From: Alphaproteobacteria bacterium
GTDB taxonomy: Bacteria; Pseudomonadota; Alphaproteobacteria; Caulobacterales; Aquidulcibacteraceae
Reading direction: 5' to 3'
Length of the DNA: 64,000 bases
Assembly (NCBI GenBank): GCA_030430715.1
Contig: JAUIJZ010000008.1
Span: 1,450-65,449 of the forward strand
Both the position numbers and the translations under genes were made by a program. The notes below the pieces were generated by a model. It searched no databases. It saw only the letters and a list, made by a program, of their open reading frames with translations, and was not told the origin of the DNA. This document shows positions 47,499 through 56,476 of the stretch, in pieces (positions within the stretch are counted from its first letter, which is position 1; each line of letters starts with the position of its first letter).

Positions 47499-48287
47499 TT
47501 ACCAAGGCGTGACGGCGTCGCCGATGCGCTGCCCCCAATTGGGGCGCTGAACCGCGCTGAGCTGCCCGCGTCCGCCGTAGGAAATACGCGCTTCGGCGAT
47601 CTGCGTGTGATTGATGGTGTTGTTGGCGGTGACGTCTTCAGGACGAATGATGCCGCTGACAGTGAGTTCGCGCAATTCGGCGTTGATGCGCACTTCCTGG
47701 CGCCCGGCAATAACCAGATTGCCGTTCGGCAAGCGATCGACGATCACGGCTGCGACTGTCAGCTCTATTTTTTCCTCGCGATTGATCGCGCCAGAACCGC
47801 TTTGCGATGATGACGCTTCCGCGCCGACGAGATTTTCGGGATCGAAACTGCTACCGAAGAAACGGCTGACGCCAGTTTCAAGTCCGAAAAAATTGCTGAT
47901 GCCAGCTGACGTCGAGCTGTCGCGTGAGCGGTCCGAAGAGTTTGACAGCTCGGCCTTGTCGTCGATCTCGATATTCACCGTGATGATGTCGCCGACAATG
48001 CTTGCGCGTTGATCGTTGAAGAAGCTGCGCGACCCTGTGCGCCAAAGTGAATTCGGCGCTCCCGGCTCAACATAAGGAAACTGAGGTTGTGGCACGCTTT
48101 GCTGACCGCCGCCCGTTAGCGAGGCTGGTGAGGCTATCGCCTGCAATTGAGGGCCGCTGACGGCGCGGCGCGCTGCGTCATATGCAACGCCAGGCGCTGC
48201 AAGCGCGTCGTGAGCGATCGCAGATCGATCAGTGCTGGCGCAGCCGACCGTGCCGGCGGCGAGAGCGAGGAGCGCAAGGTGGCGCAT
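47499..48287 (-). CDS. flgH: Flagellar L-ring protein
   Basis: Lipobox TVGC, SLW..G...FF.DQRA..VGDI.TV, EARISYGGRG. Confidence 0.95.
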   Translation of the reverse strand: MRHLALLALAAGTVGCASTDRSAIAHDALAAPGVAYDAARRAVSGPQLQAIASPASLTGGGQQSVPQPQFPYVEPGAPNSLWRTGSRSFFNDQRASIVGDIITVNIEIDDKAELSNSSDRSRDSSTSAGISNFFGLETGVSRFFGSSFDPENLVGAEASSSQSGSGAINREEKIELTVAAVIVDRLPNGNLVIAGRQEVRINAELRELTVSGIIRPEDVTANNTINHTQIAEARISYGGRGQLSAVQRPNWGQRIGDAVTPW

Positions 48288-48301
48288 GTTGTTCTCCAAG
48301 G

Positions 48302-48838
48302 TCATGGCGTCACCGCGCGGGCCATGTTGGGGCCAGTGACAATGGCGTCGACGGTGCGGTTGGACACGGTGTTGAGCAGGCGCACGCTTTGCCCCATCGC
48401 TCCATCTTCGAGTGCGCGTGCGCGCGTTGTAAGTGAGAGCCCTGGCGCGAGATAAACGAGAGAAACGGTTTCTCCGCGGCGCACGGCGGCTTCCGCTGCG
48501 GCGGAAATTTGTGTGGTGGCGGCAGGCAAGGTCGCGCGTGCGCCTGCAGGGCGTACAACACGCACCTCCATAACGCCAGGAGGAGGCGTCCATTCCAAGC
48601 CGGCAGCGGACGCGGCCGCTGCGAGCACAGGGATGGAAAGGGAAGAGACTTGTCCCGGTGGCGGCGCCGGCGCAATCGCGCGCCCCGCAGCGTCGCCTGC
48701 GCCGTCGAACACGTCTCCGAGCGTCACCGCGCGACCGTTGGCTTCGATACGTGTGCGTAGCGTGACGGGATCGGCGAACGCGACGCTCGCGCACGCCATC
48801 ATCCACATGCAAGCAAAAAGGGCGATCCAGCGCAGCAT
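48302..48838 (-). CDS. flgA: P-ring formation chaperone
   Basis: VRRGE.V, ARALEDG..GQ.VR..N..S; between flgG and flgH. Confidence 0.85.
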   Translation of the reverse strand: MLRWIALFACMWMMACASVAFADPVTLRTRIEANGRAVTLGDVFDGAGDAAGRAIAPAPPPGQVSSLSIPVLAAAASAAGLEWTPPPGVMEVRVVRPAGARATLPAATTQISAAAEAAVRRGETVSLVYLAPGLSLTTRARALEDGAMGQSVRLLNTVSNRTVDAIVTGPNMARAVTP

Positions 48839-48845
48839 TATGGCC

Positions 48846-49631
48846 TCAGCGGAGTTGGGTGGTGGTTTGCAGCATTTCGTCGGCGGCGGTGATCACGCGC
48901 GCATTCATTTCGTAAGCGCGCTGCGCCACGATCAGCGACGAGATTTCTTCCACCGCATTGACGTTGGAAAGTTCAAGGTAGCCCTGCATGAGCGTGCCGT
49001 AGCCGGGCGATCCCGGCGTGGCTGTGTTGGGTGAGCCAGATGCAGGCGTTTCCAAGAAAAGATTATCGCCGATCGCTTCGAGGCCGGGCGGGTTCAGAAA
49101 GGTGGCGATCTCAAGCTGGCCGATTTGCTGTGGCTCGGTTTGGCCGGTCATCGTCACTTCGATCATGCCATCGCGCGTGATCTGAATCGCCGTGGCGTCT
49201 TGCGGAACGGTGATCGATGGTTCGAGCGGATAGCCGTCGGCGGTTACGATCTCGCCATCCGCGTTGACCGCGAAATTGCCGGCGCGCGTAAAGGCGGTTT
49301 GTCCGGACGGCAGCGTGACTTGGAAATAACCACGCCCGTCGATGGCGAGGTCGTAGGGGTTCTCGGTGGCGCTAATGCCGCCTTGTGAAGCGATACGGCC
49401 TACGGCGTCCGCGCGGACACCGACACCCAACTGAATGCCGAGCGGCAGGATCGATCCGGATGCCGACGAGGTCGAGCCGGGGCGCTCCATGTTTTGGTAA
49501 AGCATGTCCTGGAATTCAGCGCGTTGGCGCTTGTAGCCAGTCGTGTTCATGTTCGCGATGTTGTGCGAAATGACATCTACATTGAGCTGCTGGGCTTGCA
49601 TGCCGCTTGCGGCGATGGATAGGGCGCGCAT
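48846..49631 (-). CDS. flgG: Flagellar distal rod protein
   Basis: MRALSIAASGM.AQQ, SHNIANMNTTGYK, LELSNVN.VEE. Confidence 0.96.
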   Translation of the reverse strand: MRALSIAASGMQAQQLNVDVISHNIANMNTTGYKRQRAEFQDMLYQNMERPGSTSSASGSILPLGIQLGVGVRADAVGRIASQGGISATENPYDLAIDGRGYFQVTLPSGQTAFTRAGNFAVNADGEIVTADGYPLEPSITVPQDATAIQITRDGMIEVTMTGQTEPQQIGQLEIATFLNPPGLEAIGDNLFLETPASGSPNTATPGSPGYGTLMQGYLELSNVNAVEEISSLIVAQRAYEMNARVITAADEMLQTTTQLR

Positions 49632-49643
49632 CTGCTTTTACTC

Positions 49644-50369
49644 CTAGCGGCCGAGCCGTTCGATCGCGCGCTGACGAAGCTCGTCTGCACCCGAAACAAT
49701 CTTGGCTGCCGATTGATAGGCACGCGAAATCTCGATGAGACGCGTGAGTTCGACGACGGGGCGCACGTTTGATCCTTCGAGCGCACCCTGCAGCACCACG
49801 CCTTCAAAAGGCTCTGGCGCTTGATCCTGCGCGTCCCAAAGGTTGTCCCCGACCTTCAGAAGCGCGCCGGGCGCAGCGAAAGCCGCCACGCCAATGCGGC
49901 CGGCTTCGACGCCGGCCACGCGAATAGCGCCGTCGCGCCCGATCACTGGGCTCTCGCCCTGCGGATCGAGCACGATCGGCGCTCCCCCCGAGCTGAGGAC
50001 GGAGCGACCATCGGAGGTCACCAAGCGTCCATCGCTCGTAAGTGAAAACGCGCCATCGCGCGTATAAAGCGGCCCATCCGGACCTTCGACTGTAAAGAAA
50101 CCTTCGCCCTCAATGGCGACGTCCAACGTGTTGCCGGTCATCGCGATCGCCCCTTGGCGCATATCGCGCATCAAGGTCACGTCGCGTACGAAACGAATGC
50201 TGCGGGGGTCGGCGTCGGCGTGCGCGCCGCTATTGTCCATCTCCTCCGTCACCAGCGCGTCGGCTTTGAAGCCTGTGGTGGCGACGTTGGCCAAGTTGTT
50301 GGCGGCGACGTCCATACGCCTTTGCAGAACGCGTTGTGTCTGCAGGCCGAGCATGAGGGCGTTATCCAT
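49644..50369 (-). CDS. flgF: Flagellar proximal rod protein
   Basis: ANNLANVATTGFK, YTRDG.F, LEGSNV. Confidence 0.93.
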   Translation of the reverse strand: MDNALMLGLQTQRVLQRRMDVAANNLANVATTGFKADALVTEEMDNSGAHADADPRSIRFVRDVTLMRDMRQGAIAMTGNTLDVAIEGEGFFTVEGPDGPLYTRDGAFSLTSDGRLVTSDGRSVLSSGGAPIVLDPQGESPVIGRDGAIRVAGVEAGRIGVAAFAAPGALLKVGDNLWDAQDQAPEPFEGVVLQGALEGSNVRPVVELTRLIEISRAYQSAAKIVSGADELRQRAIERLGR

Positions 50370-50382
50370 GCCCGTTAACCAC

Positions 50383-50397
50383 GCAAGCGCCGTGCCA
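50383..50397 (-). promoter_or_regulatory. Sigma54 promoter of flgFGAH
   Basis: TGGCAC-GGCGC-TTGC, exact -24/-12 consensus. Confidence 0.8.
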
Positions 50398-50473
50398 GAA
50401 TCTAACTATTTGAAAACAAAAAGATTGGGGTGCGCGATATGGTGAATAGGGGGGTGAAATCCTGCCTGCGGCG

Positions 50474-50490
50474 CCGGCAAGTTTTGCCGG
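50474..50490. promoter_or_regulatory. Putative ftr element between flgF and fliL
   Basis: CCGGCAAGTTTTGCCGG dyad about 80-90 bp from the sigma54 promoter. Confidence 0.6.
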
Positions 50491-50555
50491 GGTGCTACCA
50501 ATCCTTAACCAGCCATTGCGCACCAACGGTATGAGCAACCGTCGAAGCGATTCCT

Positions 50556-51215
50556 ATGTTCGGAAAGAAAAAGAAAGCCAAGGACGCGCCCCAGGAGGCC
50601 GATGCCGATCTCAACGCCGGTAACGGCGAGGGGGAAGGCGTCGAAGGCGCGGAGGGTGCGCCGAAGAAAAAGAAGCTTTCGGGCAAGAACCTCATCTTGT
50701 TCATCGTCTTGCCTGCCATCCTCGTGCTGGGTGCGGGCGGAGGCGCTGCCTTTATGTTGCTCGGCAATGGCGGCGGCGGCGAGCAGCATGCCGACGCGAA
50801 TGCCGGTCACGCCAAGTCTAAGGGCGGCGGTCATGGCGGCGGCGGGCATGGCGGCGAACCGGGCGAGCCTACGCCTGGGCCGAATGGCACGACGATTTCC
50901 TATGGAGAGGATGTCGTCTTTGTTTCTCTGCCGGAGATGCTGGTCAACATCATCGGGCCGGATGGGCGGCCAGCTTATTTAAAGTTGCGTTTGACGTTGG
51001 AAGCACCGGACGAAGCGGCGGTCGGCGCGCTTACCGAGCACGTTCCGCGGGTGACCGATCAGTTCAACGGCTTTCTGCGTGAGTTGCGCACGGATGACAT
51101 CGCGGGGTCTGCTGGCGCGTATCGCTTGCGGCTTGAATTGCTGCGGCGGGTGAACCTTGTTGTGGCGCCGTCGCATATCAACGCTGTGCTGATCGAAGAA
51201 ATGCTGGTGCAGTAG
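50556..51215 (+). CDS. fliL: Flagellar basal body protein FliL
   Basis: Charged N-terminus, one TM, LP.MLVN, D.F..FLRELR..D..GS.G..RL..EL. Confidence 0.9.
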   Translation: MFGKKKKAKDAPQEADADLNAGNGEGEGVEGAEGAPKKKKLSGKNLILFIVLPAILVLGAGGGAAFMLLGNGGGGEQHADANAGHAKSKGGGHGGGGHGGEPGEPTPGPNGTTISYGEDVVFVSLPEMLVNIIGPDGRPAYLKLRLTLEAPDEAAVGALTEHVPRVTDQFNGFLRELRTDDIAGSAGAYRLRLELLRRVNLVVAPSHINAVLIEEMLVQ

Positions 51216-52292
51216 ATGAGCGATACCGCTGAAGCAGCGGCCGAGGCGCCGCAAGAAGGCGAAGGCTGGGAAGGGGAAGCCGGAGGCGATCCCCAGGCTG
51301 CCGAACGCATTCTCAACCAGGATGAAATCGACAGCTTGCTGGGGTTTGGCCTTGGCGAGGAAGATAATGCCGGGCGCACAGGCGTGCGCGCGATCATCAA
51401 TTCCACGCTCGTTTCCTACGAGCGCTTGCCGATGCTGGAAATCGTATTCGACCGCCTGGTGCGGTTGATGACGACGAGCCTGCGCAATTTTACCTCGGAC
51501 AATGTTGAAGTCAGTCTCGATCAGATCAGTTCGATTCGATTTGGCGACTATCTCAATTCCATTCCCTTGCCCGCGATCATTTCGGTGTTTCGCGCTGAGC
51601 AACTCGACAATTTCGGATTGGTCACGGTCGATTCCAGTCTGATCTATTCGGTTGTGGATGTTCTGCTTGGCGGGCGTCGCGGCGGTGTGTCGACCCGTGT
51701 CGAGGGGCGTCCCTACACCACGATCGAGCGTATGCTGGTCACGCGGATGATCGAGGTGGTGTTGAATGACGCGCGCTCGGCGTTTGCGCCGTTGACCGAG
51801 GTGGATTTCGTTCTCGATCGGATTGAAACCAACCCGCGGTTCGCGGCGATCGCGCGTCCGCCGAATGCAGCCATCGTGGTGAAACTGCGCGTCGATATGG
51901 AAGATCGCGGCGGCCGCCTGGAGTTGCTGCTGCCTTACGCGACGCTTGAACCGATCCGTAAAATGCTCCTGCAGCAATTCATGGGCGAGAAGTTCGGCCG
52001 CGACAATATTTGGGAAGGCCACCTCGCCAGCGAACTTTGGAACACGAAGCTCGAAGTGCGCGCCGTGCTTGATGAGACCACGCAGCCATTGCGCCGCGTG
52101 CTGGACCTGAAAGTTGGCGATACGCTGATGCTGGATGCCCCGCCGGACTCACCCGTCACACTAAAGTGTGGCGCGGTGAATTTAAGTGATGGACGCGTCG
52201 GGCGCATGGGACATGCGCTTGCTGTGCGCGTGGAAAGGCCGATCGCGCCGGCATTACAGCAGGCATTGATCAAGAGTGGAGGCGTAAAATGA
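51216..52292 (+). CDS. fliM: Flagellar motor switch protein FliM
   Basis: ILNQDEIDSLL, YERLPMLEIVFDR, ETNPRFA, C-terminal SpoA domain. Confidence 0.96.
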   Translation: MSDTAEAAAEAPQEGEGWEGEAGGDPQAAERILNQDEIDSLLGFGLGEEDNAGRTGVRAIINSTLVSYERLPMLEIVFDRLVRLMTTSLRNFTSDNVEVSLDQISSIRFGDYLNSIPLPAIISVFRAEQLDNFGLVTVDSSLIYSVVDVLLGGRRGGVSTRVEGRPYTTIERMLVTRMIEVVLNDARSAFAPLTEVDFVLDRIETNPRFAAIARPPNAAIVVKLRVDMEDRGGRLELLLPYATLEPIRKMLLQQFMGEKFGRDNIWEGHLASELWNTKLEVRAVLDETTQPLRRVLDLKVGDTLMLDAPPDSPVTLKCGAVNLSDGRVGRMGHALAVRVERPIAPALQQALIKSGGVK

Positions 52293-52606
52293 GCCCGATC
52301 GCTTTAGGTTTGGAAATCGTGCTCGCGCTTATGCTGGCGGGTTGCTTGTTTTGCTTTTGGCGCCTCGACCGCAAGCTGTCGGCGCTGCGCAACGGTCAGG
52401 ATGGCGTGAGGGCCGCCGCGGCAGAGCTAGTGCAGGCGACTGCGCAGGCTGAATCCGCTGTCCGCGCTATGCGGATGAGTGCGCAAGAGGCTGGCCGAGA
52501 TCTGCAACAACGCATCAATGATGCGCGTGCGACTGCAGATAGGCTGGGCCTTGGCGCCGGGCGCTTGCGTTCGACCGCCGATGTCGGCGCGCGCGGGAGA
52601 ATCTGA
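52289..52606 (+). CDS. TM plus coiled-coil protein (DUF6468/PflI-like)
   Basis: N-terminal TM, RLDRKL..LR, coiled coil; directly after fliM. Confidence 0.65.
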   Translation: MSPIALGLEIVLALMLAGCLFCFWRLDRKLSALRNGQDGVRAAAAELVQATAQAESAVRAMRMSAQEAGRDLQQRINDARATADRLGLGAGRLRSTADVGARGRI

Positions 52607-53310
52607 TGTCGAAGGCGCCAAAGCGGCCCGTTGGCGTGCGGCTGATGCCGGCAGCAATGGCGACAGCCGCGGCTTTGCTGGCGATGAAAGCGGTTGCGAT
52701 GGCTGAGGACATCGCCGACACGGCGACGCCTACCGCCGCCGCTGCGGACGAACACGCTGAGGTGACGCAAGAGAGCGCGGCGTCCGCGAACCAGTGTGCG
52801 CCGGCGAGTTTCGCCGAAATGGCTGGGCTCAGCCAATCAGAGGTGCAAATCCTGCAGGCATTGAGCGCGCGGCGCGAGACGCTTGATCAGCGCGCCGCGG
52901 CTGCAGACACGCAAAGCGAATTGATGGCGGCCGCGGAGCATAGGCTCGATGAGCGTCTCGCTGAGCTGCGCAGGCTTGAGGCTACGGTCAGCGATCTTCT
53001 CGGCCAGCTCGATGAATCGCAGGAGCAGCGTCTTGCCAGTCTGGTGGACGTCTATCAGCGCATGCGTGCAAAAGATGCGGCGACTGTTTTCGATCGACTT
53101 GATGACGGCACATTGGTGCAGGTGGCGAGCCGCATGCGCCAAGCAAATTTAGCTGAGGTCATGGGGCGCATGCAGCCAGACCGGGCGCGTGAGTTGACAG
53201 AAATGCTTGCCGATCGCGCGCGTCCTCCTGAAGGCGGAGCCGACTTGCTTGCCCGCGCCAATGGCGGCGCACCCTCTGCCTCCGCGCCTGCTGCGGGCAA
53301 TGGCGGCTAA
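52606..53310 (+). CDS. MotE-like flagellar protein (MgtE N-terminal-like domain)
   Basis: Signal peptide, coiled coil, LV.VY..M..KDAA..F..L, M....A.EL. Confidence 0.75.
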   Translation: MSKAPKRPVGVRLMPAAMATAAALLAMKAVAMAEDIADTATPTAAAADEHAEVTQESAASANQCAPASFAEMAGLSQSEVQILQALSARRETLDQRAAAADTQSELMAAAEHRLDERLAELRRLEATVSDLLGQLDESQEQRLASLVDVYQRMRAKDAATVFDRLDDGTLVQVASRMRQANLAEVMGRMQPDRARELTEMLADRARPPEGGADLLARANGGAPSASAPAAGNGG

Positions 53311-53352
53311 ACGTCGGTTTAACCGCGTGTATCGGAGAATTCACGGCGCGAG

Positions 53353-56300
53353 ATGAAGTCACTGCGCAACTCCCCTTTGGCACTTGCCACGGCGGCTCTG
53401 GTCGCCGCGCCAAGTGCTGGTGCGCAGCCGATGCAGATTACGCCGCCTGCAAGCGAGCCCGCGCAAGCCGAGCCACGTGCGCCGTCTGGTCCCTCGGCGA
53501 TTGCTCCGGTGCCGCAGGAATTGACGCCGCGCACAGCGCCATCGGCCGACGAGGCGCCTGCGCCCGCTCGGCAGGCGCAAACGCAAACCGCTCCGCCAGC
53601 GCCGCCGCCTTCACCGCCAGCGCCGCCGCCGCGCATGGCCTCCACGCCAAGCGCTACGGTGAGCGTGGGCGAGCAGACCGATTACACCCGCTTGTCGTTT
53701 AATTTCGCAGGCGCGACCAGCGTGACCACCGCTTTGAATGGCGATCGTTTGGAATTGCGTTTCTCGCGCGCTGCTGATCTCGATTTGGCTGAGATTCGCG
53801 CCGCGCCGCCGCGTCTATTGCGCGAAGCGCGCCGCGCGAGCGCGGCAGGTGCGCCTGTGCGTGTTGTTCTCACTGTAGATGCGGGCGTGCGCGAGCGTCA
53901 CTTCACGGATGGCAATCGTGTTGTCATAGATCTCTTGCCGCCCACACCCGAAACGGGTGGTTTGGCTGTCACAGAGAATGGCGTCACCGCGCCGGCTCCC
54001 GCGCTTGCGTCGATCTCGGGCGATGCGCGCGTGCGATTGGTGGAAGAGGCGAACGCGACGCGGATCACCGTCTCGTGGCCGGGGCCTGCGCGTGCGGCTG
54101 CTTTCCGGCGCGGGGAGGCGATCTGGTTATTGTTCGATGCAACTGGGCGCGTCGATCTTGCTGGCGTTGCCCGCGCAGGACGGCGCCATCGCGATATTGA
54201 AGTCGTGCGCGGAGAGGGGGTCGTTGGCTTACGCATTCCTGCGCCCTCCGATATGCAAGTCTCTGCGACGGCGAGCGGCAATGATTGGATATTCAGCCTT
54301 GGCGCGCGCGCCGATGCTGGCGCCGCCGCGTCGCTCGTGCGCGACCTCCGCGCCGATGGCAGCGCACGCTTGGTTGCCCAATTCAGCCGGCCGGGTGCTG
54401 TGCGTTGGATTAATGACCCTGAAATCGGAGATCGTATCGCGGTCGCGTTGATCGGCGGACCGGCGAAAGGCATTGATGTCAGACGTGCGGCGATTGAAGC
54501 GGCGATATTGCCCGCCGCGCATGGCGCCGTTATCGAACCGCGCGCAGATGGCGTCACGGCCGCATTCTCAAATGGCTCGTTGATCGTCTCAAGAGGTGAT
54601 GACGGATTGTTGGCGTCTGCGCCGCCTACGGCGGCTGCGGTCGAGTTGAACGCTGCGTTGTTGGAAGCTGCGGTCAATCCGCATGGCGAAGAAGCGCACG
54701 CGCCCGCTGTCTCTGCGGCGGAAGTGAACCTTGTACAGGTGCGCGAGCGCATCGACGAGTTGACGCGACAGGCGGCGATGGAAGGTAGTGAGCCGGGCGC
54801 TCCTGTGACCGGACGCATCGAACTCGCACGTTTGCTGCTTGAACATGAGTTCGCCGTCGAGGCTTTGGGCGCCTTGCGGATGGCGGCTCTAAACCAACCC
54901 GAGTTGCCGGAAACCGACGCCGAGTATCGCCTGATGCGCGGCGCGGCCAATATTATGATGGGGCGTGTCAGCGCCGCACTTGCCGATCTCAACGCGTCAG
55001 TGCTGCAGGATAATCCTTCCGCTGCCTTGTGGCGCGGTTACGCTGCCGCCGAGCAGCAGGAATGGAGCGACGCGCGCCGTGAATTGGAGCGCGGCATCGG
55101 TGCGCTTGAAGAACACCAGCCAATCTGGCGCGCGCGTTTTCAGCTCGCCCTCGCGCATGCGGCGCTCGAATTGAACGATCTGCCTGCGGCGGATGCAGCC
55201 GCGAGCGCGGCGCTCGGTCAATCTCCGGACGCGCATGTCCGCGGTGCGGCGCAATTGGTGCAAGCGCAAATCGCGGCGGCCCGCGGCGATCAAGAACGCG
55301 CCTTCGCTATGCTTGAACAGCTTTCCGGAGTTCCGGAAGAAGAGGTTGCGGTATCGGCGAACGTGCAGGCCATTCGTTTGCGGCGCTTGTCCGGGCAATT
55401 GGCCGCTGAAGATGCGATCGAGCCATTGGAGGCTCTGCGCTATCGCTGGCGCGGCGATTCCTCGGAGCTAGCCGTTGTCGGCATGCTTGGCGATGTCTAT
55501 TCCGAGCTTGGCCGTTGGCGCGATGCGTTGGCGACCATGCGCATCGCTTCCGATCGTTTTCCAACAAATCCCGCCTCGCGCCAGTTGCGCGTGGATATGT
55601 CCAATTTATTTGAGCGTCTTTTCCTCGATGGCGAAGCCGATCAACTCGAGCCTATTCAAGCGCTCGCGCTTTTCTATGAGTTCAGCGACATCACGCCGGT
55701 AGGGCCGAACGGCGATCGCATTGTACGATTGCTTGCTGGACGCCTTGTGAATGTCGATTTGCTGGAACAGGCGTCGCTCCTCTTGCAGCATCAGGTCGAT
55801 GAACGCCTTGAGGGCGTGAGCAAGGCAAACGTGGCAGCCGATCTCGCGCTAATTTATCTGATGGATCGTAAGCCGGACCGCGCGCTGGTTGCGCTTGCGA
55901 CCTCCCGCCAGCCCAACATGCCAGCAAATCTGCTTGCGGATCGCCGAATTCTTGAGGCGCGGGCGCTGCTGGAATTGGGGCGGCTTGAAGCCGCTGTCGA
56001 ACTGGTTGAGCGTGACCGTAGCGAGGATGCACAGCGCGTCCGTGCGGAAGCGGCGTGGCGTGCGCGTGACTGGGAGCGCGCTTCAGCTGAATTGCGTAAT
56101 TTCTTGTCGCTTCGTGATCGCGCGCAACCGCTTGATGCCGATGCGCGTCAGGCTGTTCTTCGCGCCGGTGTGGCGATGACGCTAGCGGGGAATGAATCCG
56201 GCGTGCGCCAGCTCTATCGTGATTATGCAGGCGATATGGCCAATACGGATGAGGCGGATGGCTTTGAGGTGATCGCCTCGGGCGTGAACGCGGATGGTGT

Positions 56301-56463
56301 TGCAATCCGCGACGTCGCGCGCGCCGTGGCGCGCACGGATCTACTGGACCGCTTCATGCAGCGTATGCGTACGCATCTAACCGAGGAAGCAGCGCAAGCG
56401 AGCAACGCGCAAGAAACGCCGCCGCGTCCGCAAGCAGCCGCACCCGCGACGCCTACAGGCTAG
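53353..56463 (+). CDS. Large exported TPR-repeat protein of the fliLM operon (MotK-like candidate)
   Basis: 1036 aa, signal peptide, Pro-rich linker, helical repeats, L.P..ALALFYEF...TP.G..GD. Confidence 0.7.
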   Translation: MKSLRNSPLALATAALVAAPSAGAQPMQITPPASEPAQAEPRAPSGPSAIAPVPQELTPRTAPSADEAPAPARQAQTQTAPPAPPPSPPAPPPRMASTPSATVSVGEQTDYTRLSFNFAGATSVTTALNGDRLELRFSRAADLDLAEIRAAPPRLLREARRASAAGAPVRVVLTVDAGVRERHFTDGNRVVIDLLPPTPETGGLAVTENGVTAPAPALASISGDARVRLVEEANATRITVSWPGPARAAAFRRGEAIWLLFDATGRVDLAGVARAGRRHRDIEVVRGEGVVGLRIPAPSDMQVSATASGNDWIFSLGARADAGAAASLVRDLRADGSARLVAQFSRPGAVRWINDPEIGDRIAVALIGGPAKGIDVRRAAIEAAILPAAHGAVIEPRADGVTAAFSNGSLIVSRGDDGLLASAPPTAAAVELNAALLEAAVNPHGEEAHAPAVSAAEVNLVQVRERIDELTRQAAMEGSEPGAPVTGRIELARLLLEHEFAVEALGALRMAALNQPELPETDAEYRLMRGAANIMMGRVSAALADLNASVLQDNPSAALWRGYAAAEQQEWSDARRELERGIGALEEHQPIWRARFQLALAHAALELNDLPAADAAASAALGQSPDAHVRGAAQLVQAQIAAARGDQERAFAMLEQLSGVPEEEVAVSANVQAIRLRRLSGQLAAEDAIEPLEALRYRWRGDSSELAVVGMLGDVYSELGRWRDALATMRIASDRFPTNPASRQLRVDMSNLFERLFLDGEADQLEPIQALALFYEFSDITPVGPNGDRIVRLLAGRLVNVDLLEQASLLLQHQVDERLEGVSKANVAADLALIYLMDRKPDRALVALATSRQPNMPANLLADRRILEARALLELGRLEAAVELVERDRSEDAQRVRAEAAWRARDWERASAELRNFLSLRDRAQPLDADARQAVLRAGVAMTLAGNESGVRQLYRDYAGDMANTDEADGFEVIASGVNADGVAIRDVARAVARTDLLDRFMQRMRTHLTEEAAQASNAQETPPRPQAAAPATPTG

Positions 56464-56476
56464 CTCAGCTGGAAAT

